DNA of 64,000 nt from Octopus vulgaris (Eukaryota). Positions 26,601 through 41,136 of the stretch are shown here, one piece after another. Made by a program: the position numbers and the translations under genes. The stretch lies in NCBI GenBank assembly GCA_951406725.2, contig OX597825.1, forward strand, positions 57,040,001 to 57,104,000. The letters run 5' to 3'. Numbering within the stretch: position 1 is the first letter of the stretch; the number at the start of each line of letters is the position of its first letter. Under the pieces are notes generated by a model. It saw nothing but the letters and a program-made list of their open reading frames with translations, searched no databases and had not been told where the DNA came from.

Positions 26601-29600
26601 GGTCAGAAATATAGTAACGAAAGGGTTAAGAGCCTTTTAGATCTGATGTAGAGATTTTCTTTTGTTTTTCTGACAAACTGACCTTTCCTTGTCATATAAG
26701 ACTTATATCTAGACATCTTCGTGGACAAAATTTCTGACTGTTCCTTCTGACATATGGAGATCTTTTGCAATTGACCTCACAGACTTTCTGGGATTGTAAT
26801 CAATGATCTGTTGAACTTGCTGGATAAATTCAGATGTTTTGATGGTTTCAGAGCATTTAGAATGATTTTTATGCTTTGATACTGGTGATATGTTTCCATC
26901 TTCAGTCTCTAGCTCTTTACAAACTTTGTATATGAAACATCTGGCAACTTTTAAAAATTGAGGTATTTCTATATCACTATGCTCAGCCTTTATAACCAAC
27001 AATAACAGCATGCCTCTTCATTTCTTGAGTAATCTGAGGGTCTGCCATTATTAATTTTCTGAAAGATAATACAGAGGTAGCAAAAAATGCAGCAATGACT
27101 CCAAAAAGGTATGTCCTCAAATACCTTATGCACCCTGTATAGCTGGCCAAGGGGAAATATTACCTTACTTGGAAACTGAAGACAGCATTCAGCCTCAGAA
27201 AATCTACCTCAATTCTTCTGTACAAAATTTTGGAGGAGAGGGTCAGTCGATTAGATCAACCCCAGTACACAACTGGTACTTAATTTATCGACCCCAAAAA
27301 GATGAAATGCAAATTGAACTTTGGCGGAATTTGAACTCAAAACATAAAAACAGATGAAATACCGCTAAGCACTTCGCCCGGCATGCTAATGTTTCTGCCA
27401 GATCACCACCTTAAAATCTACCTCAATTAAATTCCATCTGACCCATGCAAGCATGAAGTGAATGTTAAAATGATGTCATTGCTGCCCTTATAGAATTTTA
27501 TGACATTTACTAGTTGTTGTCTTCTCTTTCTACACTATGTCAAAGCTGTAATTTATGTTTTCGATATTCTTCATAGAAGTTTGCCTTTTATACAACCACA
27601 ACTGATGTTGCAGTTTGTCTTCTCTTTCTTAGACTGGTCCAAAGGGAGTTTGAAACAGGAATGAGCTGTGCAGCCACCACTTAGCAGAGTTGTAGCAATT
27701 CCACTTGACACCACTGCTATGGCAATATGTTTAGCCAGAAGAAGGTTGATGACAAATGTTTTGCCAGTTCCACCTGAAGCATCCAGAAAGAAAAAACTTC
27801 CTCTTTCATTTTCAATGCTTGAAATAATGGTGTTATATACACCCAGTTGGTCCTACATCAGTTTGTGTTCTTTTCCTCGATGTCATAGCTGATTTCTTGC
27901 AGGTACTCAATTACAAGACTGTTAGCTGCGTGCTCTGGTTGAGGCAGACTAAATGTGGAATTGCCTTGACCTTCCATAGCTTGCACTCGGGTGTCCAGGT
28001 CAAGTAATGCCTCATTGTAAATGGTGTTATTGAACGTGGAAACTTCCGCTGAAGTTTGCCTTTGAATCCTTTGTAGGATGTCCTCTGCCATGCTGGTTTT
28101 GTGGGTCACCCACTGCTTGAGAGGTTCACGCAAGCCACATGTCATCAACATGATAGAAAATAGCTGGCGCAGTTGACTTAGAGTTGTGCTGAATACTGCC
28201 CCCTCCACTGTCTGGTCCCAGTGAGCATCGTCCTCCAGTAGTCCATGTTTGTCACAGGCATCGCTGTAGGTTGTGCAGCCTTCCCCCATTGTCTTTGAAA
28301 GTCTCTGCATGACATAGAACTTCTGACAGTGTGCAGCAGTAGATGCAGAAAGAAGCACTCCTGCTGATTAGGGAGCACAGTGTACACTCGCCCAATGGCG
28401 CCACTTCTGATGACAGCATCTTCTTCCCAGCCCTTAATGCATGCTCCTTGCTTGTGTCTGTTCCATCTATTGTGTGCCCAGGTTATAGTACATGGGGACC
28501 TCAATATACAACAGTGTTCGGGCAAACAGATCACACTGGCACAATTTGAAGAAAGCTGTCGAAGTGGTTTCTGGTGGATTCAGAACTACATTTTGAGTAT
28601 TGTCTTCTGTGAAATATACACGCTGGCCAATTTCAAGCTGTACAAATAGATTTGAAGAAGGTGTTCATACAGGAAAACAGGGTGTGACCTTTGTGATGAC
28701 AGTGCATTTGTCTGAAAGCAGAACAGTTCTTCATGCAGCACTTGTCAATTGGCTGAAGTGACATGAAAGGTATCGTCATTCATGGTATATTCATGAATAA
28801 GTCACTAACCAAAATAAGTGGATCTATTGTTTAGGAAAATACTCTCTCTTTTACTTGTTTCAGTCATTTGACTGTGACCATGCTGGAGCACCACCTTTAG
28901 TCCTAGTACTTATTCTATCGGTCTCTTTTGCCGAACCGCTAAGTTACGGGGGACGTAAACACACCACCATTGGTTGTCAAGCGATGTTGGGGAGGGACAC
29001 ACAAACATATACATACACATACATGTATATATGTATATACATATATACAATGGGCTTCTTTCAGTTTCCATGTACCAAATCATCTCACAAGACTTTGGTC
29101 GGCCCGAGGCTATAGTAGAAGACACTTGCCCAAGGTGCCACGCAGTGGGAATGAACCCGCAACCATGTGGTTGGTAAGCAAGCTACTTACCACACAGCCA
29201 CTCCTGCACCTACTATTTACATATTTAAGGGTCTTACTAAATAAATTGCGAAAATAACTTTAACAGATCAAATTCTAAGAAATAAACGTACTCAACTTGA
29301 TTCATACCAAATAATATAGGAAAATAAAAGGGTTATTTCCCTTGGCTGTTAAAATAAAATATATTAGTTATATATGTGGATCCCTTCCAGGGGCCCTAGC
29401 CATCCAATTATACATTTTTATTAAACTTCAATGAGCTTAGTAACAAACTGGATGTTACTTTGGCAAGTTTGTATTTCACAAAAATTCATTAACAGGTGTA
29501 GATGGCAACTTGAAACAAACAGACAATATATATGTATGTATGTATGTATACAGACTTACCTCCAAATCAACAGCAATGACTTCTTCTTTGGCTAAATCTC

Positions 29601-32600
29601 TACACAGATCTTCTAATTTCCCCACTGTATCTATATATCCAAGAGAAGTCTCTGTAATTGGTTTTGGAAACTGAAAGAAAAGCAAAAACATGTGAATGCA
29701 TGTGTGTGAAATATATACATACACACACAAGAAAACGACCAACAATGAAAGTGAAAAAATTATGCATAAAATGACCAGTTGAAAATTGTGAATGAATATT
29801 GTCTGTACCATATATATATAAGATTCAGTTGAATTAGGTACTTAAATTGAGGCACCTTGCCAATTCAGTGTAATCTGCACTCCCCAACAATATTATTTGA
29901 ATACTGAAGATCTTCCACATATAGAAGACCCTGTATCAACAATAAAGGCAAGGGAACATGCAGAGGTATTTGTACCCAATATTTCTGATATATTTCCGAA
30001 GTGCAGATTCCGGTACATCTTTGTTACTTATTTATTTTTATATATTTAAATATATATATATATATATGTGGAAGCACTCCGTCGGTTACGACGACGAGGG
30101 TTCCGGTTGATCTGAATCAACGGAACAGCCTGCTCGTGAAATTAACGTGTAAGTGGCTGAGCACTCCACAGACACGTGTACCCTTACCATAGTTCTCGGG
30201 GATATTCAGCGTGACACAGAGAGTGACAAGGCCGGCCCTTTGAAGTACAGGTACAACAGAAACAGGAAGTAAGAGTGAGAGAAAGTTGTGGTGAAAGAGT
30301 ACAGCAGGGATCACCACCATCCCCTGCCGGAGTCTCGTGGAGCTTTTAGGTGTTTTCGCTCAATAAACACTCACAACGCCCGGTCTGGGAATCGAAACCG
30401 CGATCCTATGACCGCGAGTCTGCTGCCCTAACCACTGGGCCATTGCACCTCCACTATATATATATATATATATATACAGGGTTCAGACAATATTCATTCA
30501 CAATTTCCATTGCTATCACTAATCTGCATATCCTAATTATCTCCCTTGCTCTATTTCATATTTCATCTCGCATTTAATGTAAAACACATGCATACAACTT
30601 TGAGGAAAATATTTTTGTCACATGTTCAAATCAAGGCTGTGCTATTTAGTACACAAAACCTTTACCTCTGACTCCTTAATTTATAATACAAACAGAATCC
30701 AACTCGGTGTTAATACTAGTCTGCTTCTCTTGAAGTAATGCTACCATTTCTCAATGAATTTCTTTTCCAACATTTGCTCACAAAACCAAAATCTTCTTAA
30801 AATGCACAAAGGAAATATCCCGAGTTTGAGGTCCCACCTGGGGTAAAGTGGGAAAAGTTCAAGAAACGAGATGGTGAAAGACCCACTCTCTCACTAATTC
30901 TCTGTTTCATACTAATTCTCTCTTTTTCTCACACACACATTTTCTCCTCCATATCTCCTCTAGAAGACCCTGTATCGACAATAAAAGCAAGGGAACACTG
31001 TACTTCTGTTAAATTACATCGTTTGGTACTCTGGAACGAAGGATGTATGCCAACATATTTACAATTATGCAAGAAACAAAACTTACACAATTAAAAAAAA
31101 CAAAAGGGTGATTAACTTCATGATCCATTGATTGGAAGCAAGCCTTGTCGTTAAAACCAACAGAGTGCCAGTCATAATGTTCCTAATTGTGAAACGCAGC
31201 AAAGCAACCTCTGTCCTTACACAAAGTAACACTGCACCACATACACTCAAATGAAGTCTGGATCTTCTGGCCTGATTCGGTGTACTCACCTTTCTGAGAA
31301 CACAGAAGAGTTTCTAACACCACATTTAGACCGAATTTTTGTAGTTTCATGCAAAACATCATTTGTTTTTTATCAAGAGAGGTTCAATGTGCAATGATGA
31401 AGCTCCCTTTCTACAGCTGTATCCACTGATGAGATCTCTGGCCACAACCAGGTGAAAATCAAGGTGTGAGAAAGTATTTGGTTAAGAAGCACCAGAGGCT
31501 TCTCTGTACAAAATATATGTATTCACCATGTAACATCAACAACAAACCAAAACATATTTCCACCACTTCTTTGCCTTATCTGCAATTCCATAACAAGAGC
31601 ACAGCTGATCACCCTTATCGACATTAACCCTTCAGCATTCAAACTGGCCCAAATATTCTCCCTGTTTTTATGTTCAAACTTACCAGATGCAGCCTCTCAC
31701 ATCTACCCCACAATGCTATTATAAAACTAAAACACACGATTAATTCAAAACAATGTGACTAAACAAACATTACATTTGACAGAGTAACCTGATTGTTAAA
31801 GGGTTAAAATTGTTTGCCTACTCCTGCGTTGTTATGGGTTTTGAGTTATTAATGTCTAATTTGGTTTTCCTTCCTTGATCACCTGGTAGTTTCCTGTTTT
31901 GTTGGTAGTTGTCAACACACTAACCAGCCTTTTATCCTCACACCAGATGATTGCTGTCAGTTTATCTTTTTGCATTTTATTTTTCACTTTTCTTCTATTC
32001 TTCAACTTCACAGCATCTGGTAAGACTTTAGAATTCAGACATACAGTGCCATGGGAATAAGTCTTTTTTTCAGAGAAGCTCCTCAAGTAATTTCACTGAT
32101 GTGAAGATATTATCGAAATAAACATGATGTTTCTTTCTGTAATAAGGCCTGGCCAGATCAGTGATAATTTTAGTGCCAAACTGAATCTTTTCTCAGCCTG
32201 TTACACCCTTATTTTTGCTTGCGTAAATATTGAAGTTTTGAATCAATGGCATAGGCTTTCCTGCCTCTTTTCCATGGTTTGGTTGGCATATATTAGGGAG
32301 AGGAGCATCTACTCTTAAATTTCACTATTACCTCACCAACTCCAAGATTCTTTCTACAGCATAATTTCCAGAAAATGGGGAAAGATTAAAAGCATCATGG
32401 TTACATAAAATAATGAAACGAAAATTATTGTTTCCTGTTATTTTAAGATGAAAAAAATTCATTTCGATAACTTCAATTACTTAATAAGAAACATTTAAAA
32501 ACGCATTAAGATATAACGACGTGACAGGAAACGAAAACACTGAAACAGCTTTTTAAAAGAAAAACATTAATTTTAAGATGTAATGATGTAAAAACAAGAC

Positions 32601-34092
32601 TTAATGAGTTCATTTTAAAAGCAATTTTATTACACAGAAAACACATTTAGGTAACTTAGAAGTATTTAATTACAGCATTAATTATAAAATGTAATTATAT
32701 TTCTATTTCTCATGTTGTTTCTAAGCTGTCATTTACATCATTACATCATAAAATTAATGTATTTGTTAATGTTGCTTCAAATTAAATACTTATGAGAAAC
32801 CTAACTTTTTCTCTCTTAAAATGAAACAAAACAATATTAACGTTTATGTATTTGTTTTCCAAGATTTCTGATGTCAATTCATGTTGAAACAGATATTGTT
32901 ATATTTGGAGGGGGTCGTATTATACCACACGCACTATATACTTGTTCTTCAGTTCAGCTTTATTATTATTACTATTTTAGAGTCCTTTGTTAGAAATCTT
33001 TTGTTACATATTCTGGGACTTCAAACAAAGGACACTAAGATAAGCATGATTATACAGTTGAAGTGAAGAACAAGTACATATGTGTATGTATATCATCATC
33101 ATCGTTTAACGTCCGTTTTCCGCGCTAGCATGGGTTGGACGGTTTCGACCGGGGTCTGGGGAGCTAGGGACTGCCCCAGGCTCCAGTCTAGTCTGGCAGT
33201 GTTTCTACAGCTGGATGCCCTTCCTAACGCCAACCACTCCGCGAGTGTAGTGGGTGTTTTTTATGTGCCACCTATACAGGTGCCAGAGGGGTCTGGCATC
33301 GGCCACGTTCGGATGGTGCTTTTTATGTGGGGGGGGTGCAGAAATATAGGGGAGCACCAGTGGGGAGGGATGGTTCAGAGAAATGATGACAGGTTCTAGG
33401 CAAGTAGAACGTAGGATATCAAGAGAGGGGTAATGCATGGTGAAATAGCGTATTGAAGAGGGGGTTCGAAGAGTAGACACCTATAATGGTGGTGGGAGAA
33501 GCGACATCCGGTATAGATGGAGCAAAAATATAGAGATATCCGGTATTGGTGGTGGGGGTGGGCAAGGGCGGGTGCACCGGGAATATGACGGGCTGGCTTA
33601 AAAATGCTCTTAGCAAAGGAAGAGGGGGATGGCAGACAACGTAAAAGAGGGAGAGAGAGAAGGGAAATAGTGGAACCCCGCGAAAATGGGCGCCATTGAA
33701 AAAAAAAAAAAAACCCTGTATGGAGAAATAATATGCAATACGAGGCGAAGCTGAAAATAGTAATAATAATAATAATAAGCAAACTTTCGACCGAGGATCA
33801 AAGGGACAATACTAATACTAATAATAATAGTAATAATAATAAATAATAAACAGCTCAACCACAACATTAGATTAGAAAGACTCTCTTATCTTGGGAACAT
33901 TTCGTTCTTCGGCCTGACATGGGAATATGACGGGCTGGCTTAAAAATGCTCTTAGCAAAGGAAGAGGGGGATGGCAGACAACGTAAAAGAGGGAGAGAGA
34001 GAAGGGAAATAGTGGAACCCCGCGAAAATGGGCCGCCATTGAAAAAAACCCCTGTATGGAGAAATAATATGCAATACGAGGCGAAGCTGAAA

Positions 34093-34144
<52 letters not shown>

Positions 34145-34425
34145 GCAAACTTTCGACCGAGGATCAAAGGGACAATACTAATACTAATAATAATAGTAAT
34201 AATAATAAATATATATCTTTTGACTCTTTTACTTGTTTCAGTCATTTGACTGTGGCCATGCTGGAGCACCGCCTTTAGTCGAACAAATCGACCCCAGGAC
34301 TTATTCTTTGAAAGCCTAGTACTTATTCTATCGCTCTCTTTTGCTGAACCGCTAAGTTACGGGGGACATAAACACACCAGCATCGGTTGTCAAGCAATGT
34401 TGGGGGGACAAACACCGACACACAA

Positions 34426-34458
<33 letters not shown>

Positions 34459-34645
34459 CATATATATGACGGACTTCTTTCAGTTTCCATCTACCAAATC
34501 CACTCACAAGGCTTTGGTTGGCCCAAGGCTATAGTAGAAGACACTTGCCCAAGGCGCCACGCAGTGGGACTGAACCCGGAACCATGTGGTTGGTAAGCAA
34601 GCTACTTACCACACAGCCACTCCTGCACCTATGGTCATATGTATG

Positions 34646-34688
<43 letters not shown>

Positions 34689-37633
34689 ATATATATATAT
34701 ATAGGTGTGTGGTTAATTTGTCAAAAATATGACCATCCCCAAATACAACAAACAATATCCACTTTTCTTCCCACTATTTCACCTAACACTCAATATTTCT
34801 ATGTTTCCCATTCTCTCGAAAATATGCTGTAGTTCTCCTTATAGAGTGTAGTGACTTCATTTAGGCATAGAGTAGATTTGAACCTGAATCAGAAAATTTC
34901 CCATAATATTTCAACAGCACTTTTCTCACAGAAAAAAAATAATGACAGCAGTTACAATGAACACATGAATACCAAATACTAAAACCTATGAGTGCTAAAT
35001 ATACATTTTTGTAGAATAAAATTATTAACAAATTATAAACAGGCACAGGAGTGGCTGTGTGCTAAGTAGCTTCCTTCCCAACCACATACGGTGAATAAAC
35101 TGTCATCTAAATTACGCAAAAATGAAAATAGTGTCATCACTAGTGATCACTTTAAACACCATGACGTTGACTGGGCGTTTGATTTTTATCACTCTCAGTA
35201 CATGTGCTTAGATTGCATTGTCCTCAGATTGAGACCCAAATACTCTGAAATGTTCATATTGAAGCTTCCAGTGTGAATGCCAAGCAGTACATCATATCGT
35301 TACCAAATTTCTGGCAGAGTGGATTGCATCATGATGTTGTTTTTCTCACAGATGGTGCCCAACTGACCCTACTATACTGTGTAATTGACAAAATCAAAAG
35401 CAAGCAATGTGCATACACAAAATTAAAAGTATAAAATGGCAACGATGCCAAATCAGACTAGAGTCAGGTGCAGCCTTCCAGCGTGCCAGCCCAGTCAAAC
35501 CATCCAACCCATACCAGCATGGACAATGGACGTTAACTGATGATGATAATGATATATATATACACACGCACGAGCGTGCATTAGACACCAAGTTTATTAT
35601 TCCCAATAACTCAGATAGTGTTTACAATAAGTTAAAAATCTAATCCACAGATGCACACATGGCTGTATGGTTAACAAGTTTACTTCTCAACCACATGATT
35701 TCTAGTTTCCAGGTTCAATCCCACTGATCATCATCTTGGACGAATGTGTTTTTCTGGTCTGATAAAACTGGAGAGAAACTGAAAGAAACTTGTTATATCA
35801 TTGTCATCATTATTTAATGTCTGTTTTCCATATTGGTATGAGTTGGACGGCTTGACAGGGGCTGGCAAGGCTAGGGGCCACACCAGATCCCATAGTTAAA
35901 AGGCTATGGAACTGTGTGTGCTTGCTTACATTTACACTTCTCAAAAAATCACTGAGTTGTGAGCACTGATGTTATTTCCCCTAGCATGGAAAGCAGACGT
36001 TAAAGATTCATCTGCTGGCTTTGTGCCTTCAAAGTAGTGTGAAAAAAAGAGAGCAGAGTTTCCAGCAGCAAAAAAATGCCTCAATAATATATTCATCTAA
36101 AACAAGAATCAAAGAAAAGGGGTGTTGATGATGATGATGATAATGGAGGTAAAGTATAAGGAATGGAATGTTATTGTTGGTGCCATTACAGAAGAATATA
36201 TTTCCATTACCTTTGCCTCGGATTTCTGTAATTGATGGTCCATTGCTTTCCAATGCTCCAGTTCATAAGCGTACGGATGTGGGTAGCTGAAACACAGAGA
36301 TTAGGTTGATATTTAATTACATCCACTATATTGATTGAAGATTTGCTATTATGTAAACATTACATTTATCATACAGCATGTATATGGCAGAATATTTATT
36401 TCAATTGTAAACATCACATTTAATATACAGGATGTATATTGTAGTAATTTTACGTGAACATGAAAATACTATATTATAAAGGATGAGTGTGGTCGTTGCC
36501 AGTGCCGCCTGACTGGCTCCCATGCAGGTAGCATGTAAAAACACTTTTTGAGCGTGAGCGTGGTCGTTGCCAGAACTGCCTGACTGACCCTCGTGCCAGT
36601 GGCACATAAAAAGCACCCACTACACTCTCAGAGTGGTTGGCATTATGAAGGGCATTCAGCTGTAGAAACTTTGCCAGAGCAGATTGAGCCTGGTGCAGCC
36701 TCTGGCTCACCAGTCCTCAGTCAAACTGTCCAACCCATGCCAGGATGGAAAGCAGACGTTAAACAATGATGATGATGATGATGCTGCTGATGTAATCATT
36801 GTATCCATTATATGCTGACAACATCATCATCATCATCATTTAAAATCCGTTTTCCATGCTGGCATGGGTTGGATGGCTTGACAGGAGCTGGTCAGCTGAA
36901 GAGCAGTCCAGGCTCCATGACTGCTTTAGCATGGTTTCTATGGCTGGATGCCCTTCCTAATGCCAACCACCTTAAGGAGTGAACTGGGTGCTTTTATACA
37001 GCACCAGCATGGGTGCTTTTATGTGGTACCGTACCTACGAGCCCACAAGATCAGGGATGCTCAGCTGGAGAGGGTTGCATGGGGAGAACACAAGAGTAGT
37101 CAGTCAGCAGATACATACAATTAGTTTGTGGTAAGAGTATATGCAAAATAACTTCCTTCAAACACTCTAAAGGCTCACTAGAAATAGTTGATAGCTTTAG
37201 CTACCCAAATGACATAATTAGCAGTGGGGGTAGAGTGTACCAAAAGCATAAACACAAGAATAATAATAGGGGAGGGAACAAAGTTCAAGGGCAGTTAAAG
37301 GTCTCCTTCTTAGCATAAAGAGTAGATTGTTATAACATGTTATAACGATGTGTAGCCATTACATCTCTCATGCTGATGTGTTCAAAAGAGGGATTGGTAT
37401 GATAGCCAGAAAACAAATTCGATATATATATATATATTTATAAACACTGTGTCCATTAACATTTACATCAAGGAACAGGCATGAGTGTATTATTAAGCAG
37501 TTTTGTTTCTAAACCATGGGACTAGGGATCAATCCTATTGCATGGCACACTGAGCAAGTGTTTTACTAATATAACCCTGAGCTAACCAAAGGTTTGTGAA
37601 TGAATTTGGTAGATGGAAACTGAAAGAAGCCCA

Positions 37634-37671
<38 letters not shown>

Positions 37672-40600
37672 CCTGGCTGTGTGATAAGAAGCTTGCTTCC
37701 CAACATAGTTCCAGGCTCAGTCCCACTGTGTGGCACCTTGGGTAAGTGTTTTTTACTATAGCCTCGGGTCAACCAAAGCCTTGTGAGTGGATTTGGTAGA
37801 CAGAAACTGAAGAAAGCCTGTCATATATACATATATTTATTTGTGTGTCTTTCAGTCCATGTTTGTCCTTTCACCATCACTTGACAACTGATGTTGGTGT
37901 GTTTACCTCCCCATAGCTTAGAAATTCAGCAAAAGAATAAGTACTAGGCTTACAAAGAATAAGCCCTGAGGTCGATTTCTTCGACTGAAAAACCCCTTTA
38001 AGGTGGTGCTCCTGCATGGCCATAGTCAAATGACTGAAACAAGAATATATATATAAAATTATATATAATATCCTGATATCCTGTGATGGTTGTAGAAGAA
38101 CCTCATTGTTACGCAAGTGAAGTTGTTTGCTTCCAATCTTCTGTAAAAAACATGTCTGGCAATAGAAAAATATAACCTTGCTTGCAAACAAGTGAGGGTT
38201 GGTGACAGGAAGAGCATCCAATCACAGAAAATCTGTCTCAATGAATTCCACCTAAGCCATGTAAGCATGGAAAAGTGGACGCTAAAACGATGATGATGAC
38301 GACGATGATCTTAATCACCTTTCCTCTTTACAATAATCAATCTCTCCATAAATCGATACAGCTTTATGGTTACAGAATATTTTTATATTTCAGACAAAAC
38401 AAGAGACTAAAGCTTTAATTATATCTCACTATAAACAATATTTTCAATTAAAGTCATGTTAAGAGTTATTCCCCCTGTTGAACCAACTAAACAGTTTTGA
38501 CAATTTCAGATAATGATCTTGATGTTTCTTCCTAGACAATGAATAAACAAAACTGGGAAGAAATAGAAGTCTCTGGAGTCGATACATCACATCTGCTAGA
38601 GGTCTGCTATTCATTTGTTCCTAGAATCATTGTTGTTGCTAAAACAGGGACCAAATTTCCCTGAAACCACACTCTAGCATTCTAGTTTTAGACTTGCTCT
38701 AGCAAGGCTGACCAAAGCAACATAAAAATGAAAATACAAAACATTTCCTAATGAGTGAACAAAACTTACGAAAAATCAGGGTCTGATATATTTTCAGCAT
38801 TAGCATCAACCTTTAAGCTTTCTGCAACAAGAAAAAGAGAAAAACATGGGATTATAGATACCTTGTCAAGTTTTCGATGCTGTCTTGTGTTAGATGTATA
38901 TGTTATTGATGCAGTTTTGCAGCTAGACACCCTTCCTGGTGCTAACCTTTATTTGCTCTACAAGAAAGTGATCTCCTATCCCAAACAACTTTGAAGACAT
39001 GAAGCAAGTGGACAGCTTATTGATAGGAGAAATATCAACAACAACACTGCTGGAATATCATAGCTTTCAAATAAATGCCAAAGTCAACACACACACATGT
39101 ATATATGGCTTTAATCAACCCAGAGCTTGAGTAAAGTGGGACTGAATCTGAAACCACGTGGACGAGTGAATGGATCAATACACGCTTCAATACAGTTTCC
39201 GTCTGTCAAATTCAACTTCACCCTTCCACATATACAGGCTTGTCCTTTCAGGTGTCAGCGCCACATCAAAGGCACCTGTGCCAGTGGCATGTAAAAAGCA
39301 CCCAGAACACTCTGTTTAATGGTTGGCACTAGGAAGGGCATCCAGTTGTAGAAACTATGCCACAACAGATAGCTGGAGTCTGGACAGCTACCTGCTAACC
39401 TGCTCCATGTCAAACCGTCCAACCCATGCCAGCATGGGGAGCAAACATTAATGATGATGATGATGATATATAAATATATACACATGCATACATACATACA
39501 TACACACACACAAACATAACAGTATCCTTTCAGTTTCCATCTACCATATCCACAAAGCTTTGGTTGGCCCAAGGCTATACAAAAAGTGGGATTGAACCCA
39601 AAACCATATGATTGGGAAACAAACTTTTTACCACACACCCACATATGTCAAGTACAAACTATGACAGAGGTGAAAATAGTGAGGGAAGAAAGACTACACA
39701 GAATGTTCCATGTATTAAATAAAGCATACATTAACCTACTAATCAGTATGGACAAATTCAAGTGCACATGTATGTGTACATACTTGAGTGTGTATGCATG
39801 TGTAAAAGGCATCTGTTATTCAATTTGCTTACTAAGTACTAACCCACTAACCAACTAGTTGGTTGTTGAAATTGTTTTTATGCCTATATTTTGACTTGAA
39901 CTAGTTTTATTTTATTTAGCATTTCATATATATTGAAAATAAAAACAAAGAATGATGAAGAAAGGTAACAGAGATTATTGTTGGTTATATGGCAGAAGAA
40001 TCAGAAATACAAAGAATTTGAATAGAGACTGACCTTCAAGTGATTTCAGAGCATTGGGCTTTCTTCGGATTCGTGGGACAAATGAACTGTTGGAATTATC
40101 AATGTCATCTGTAAATTTAGTTTGTGGTCTCACAAGTTGACGTCCTGTAATCAATCTATAGTTGTTAGGAGCTGCAGGCGTATTGGCTGGACTCTGCTGG
40201 AGGAAGTAGAAATAACATTGCAATAAGTACCTCTCTTTCTCTCTCTCTCTCTGTAAAGAAAACACTCAGTCCACTCTGTAAGATGGTTCATGTCAGGAAG
40301 GGCATCCAGCCATACAAACCATGTGGGTGGGCAGGTAGACAGACAGATAGGCAATTGTAAGATCCAAAGATCTGGGTGTAGAAAGTTAATAAGCTTTGAG
40401 CAGTCTATAGACAGTATAAAAAACAACTTTCAGGAACAGTAACTGTTTATTGATGCCAAAGGTTCTAGGCTTTTCTCCTATCAAAGTTCGATCTGTGGCA
40501 AGTTAACTAGGGATTCCTTAATGACAATGTAACCTTCATATGACTAAGGAATTTTCGGCTTTATCAGTAACTAGTGGAGCACCCCTCCCCTCATTGAGTA

Positions 40601-40804
40601 ATTATTACTTCCAAGGATCTGCTAGCCTGGATTTTGTTGCTCTACTCTCAGGACTTATTCTATCAATCACTTTTGCTCAACCACTAAGTTATGGGAATGT
40701 AAACACACCAACATCAGTTGTCAAGTGATGGTGGGGTGACAAACACAGACACACAAATACATATATGTATGTATGCATGTATGTATGTATGCATGCATGC
40801 GTGC

Positions 40805-40842
<38 letters not shown>

Positions 40843-41073
40843 TAGAAGAAACGAGGTACTCAGAAATCTGGATGGTTTTATATTTACAGATATTTATTAG
40901 TATGTTAAATGTTTTTATAAATCATATATCATATATTAGCACTTTCATCCATTCTAGTGGAGTCTTCAAATTGAACTCAAACATACTAATAAATATCTGT
41001 AAATATAAAACCATCCAGATTTCTGAGTACCTCATTTCTTGTAATATATAATACCTGTATATCATCTCCAAAC

Positions 41074-41136
<63 letters not shown>

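Noticed and set aside
27858-28358. 166-aa ORF as a nested host gene
   Set aside because: It is a frameshifted Helitron Rep-helicase linker fragment
30380-30454. tRNA gene candidate (also 8685-8755 and other SINE heads)
   Set aside because: A/B boxes are present but the acceptor stem does not close and the sequence continues into a SINE body
31424-31462. CTGATGA...CTGG/CCAG...GAAA hammerhead-like string
   Set aside because: Lies antisense within piggyBac coding remnant ([15 protein letters not shown]); no stem I or III; treated as chance
33396-34278. Cluster of 85-128 aa ORFs
   Set aside because: Arise from the tandem duplication and (AAT)n; low-complexity translations on both strands
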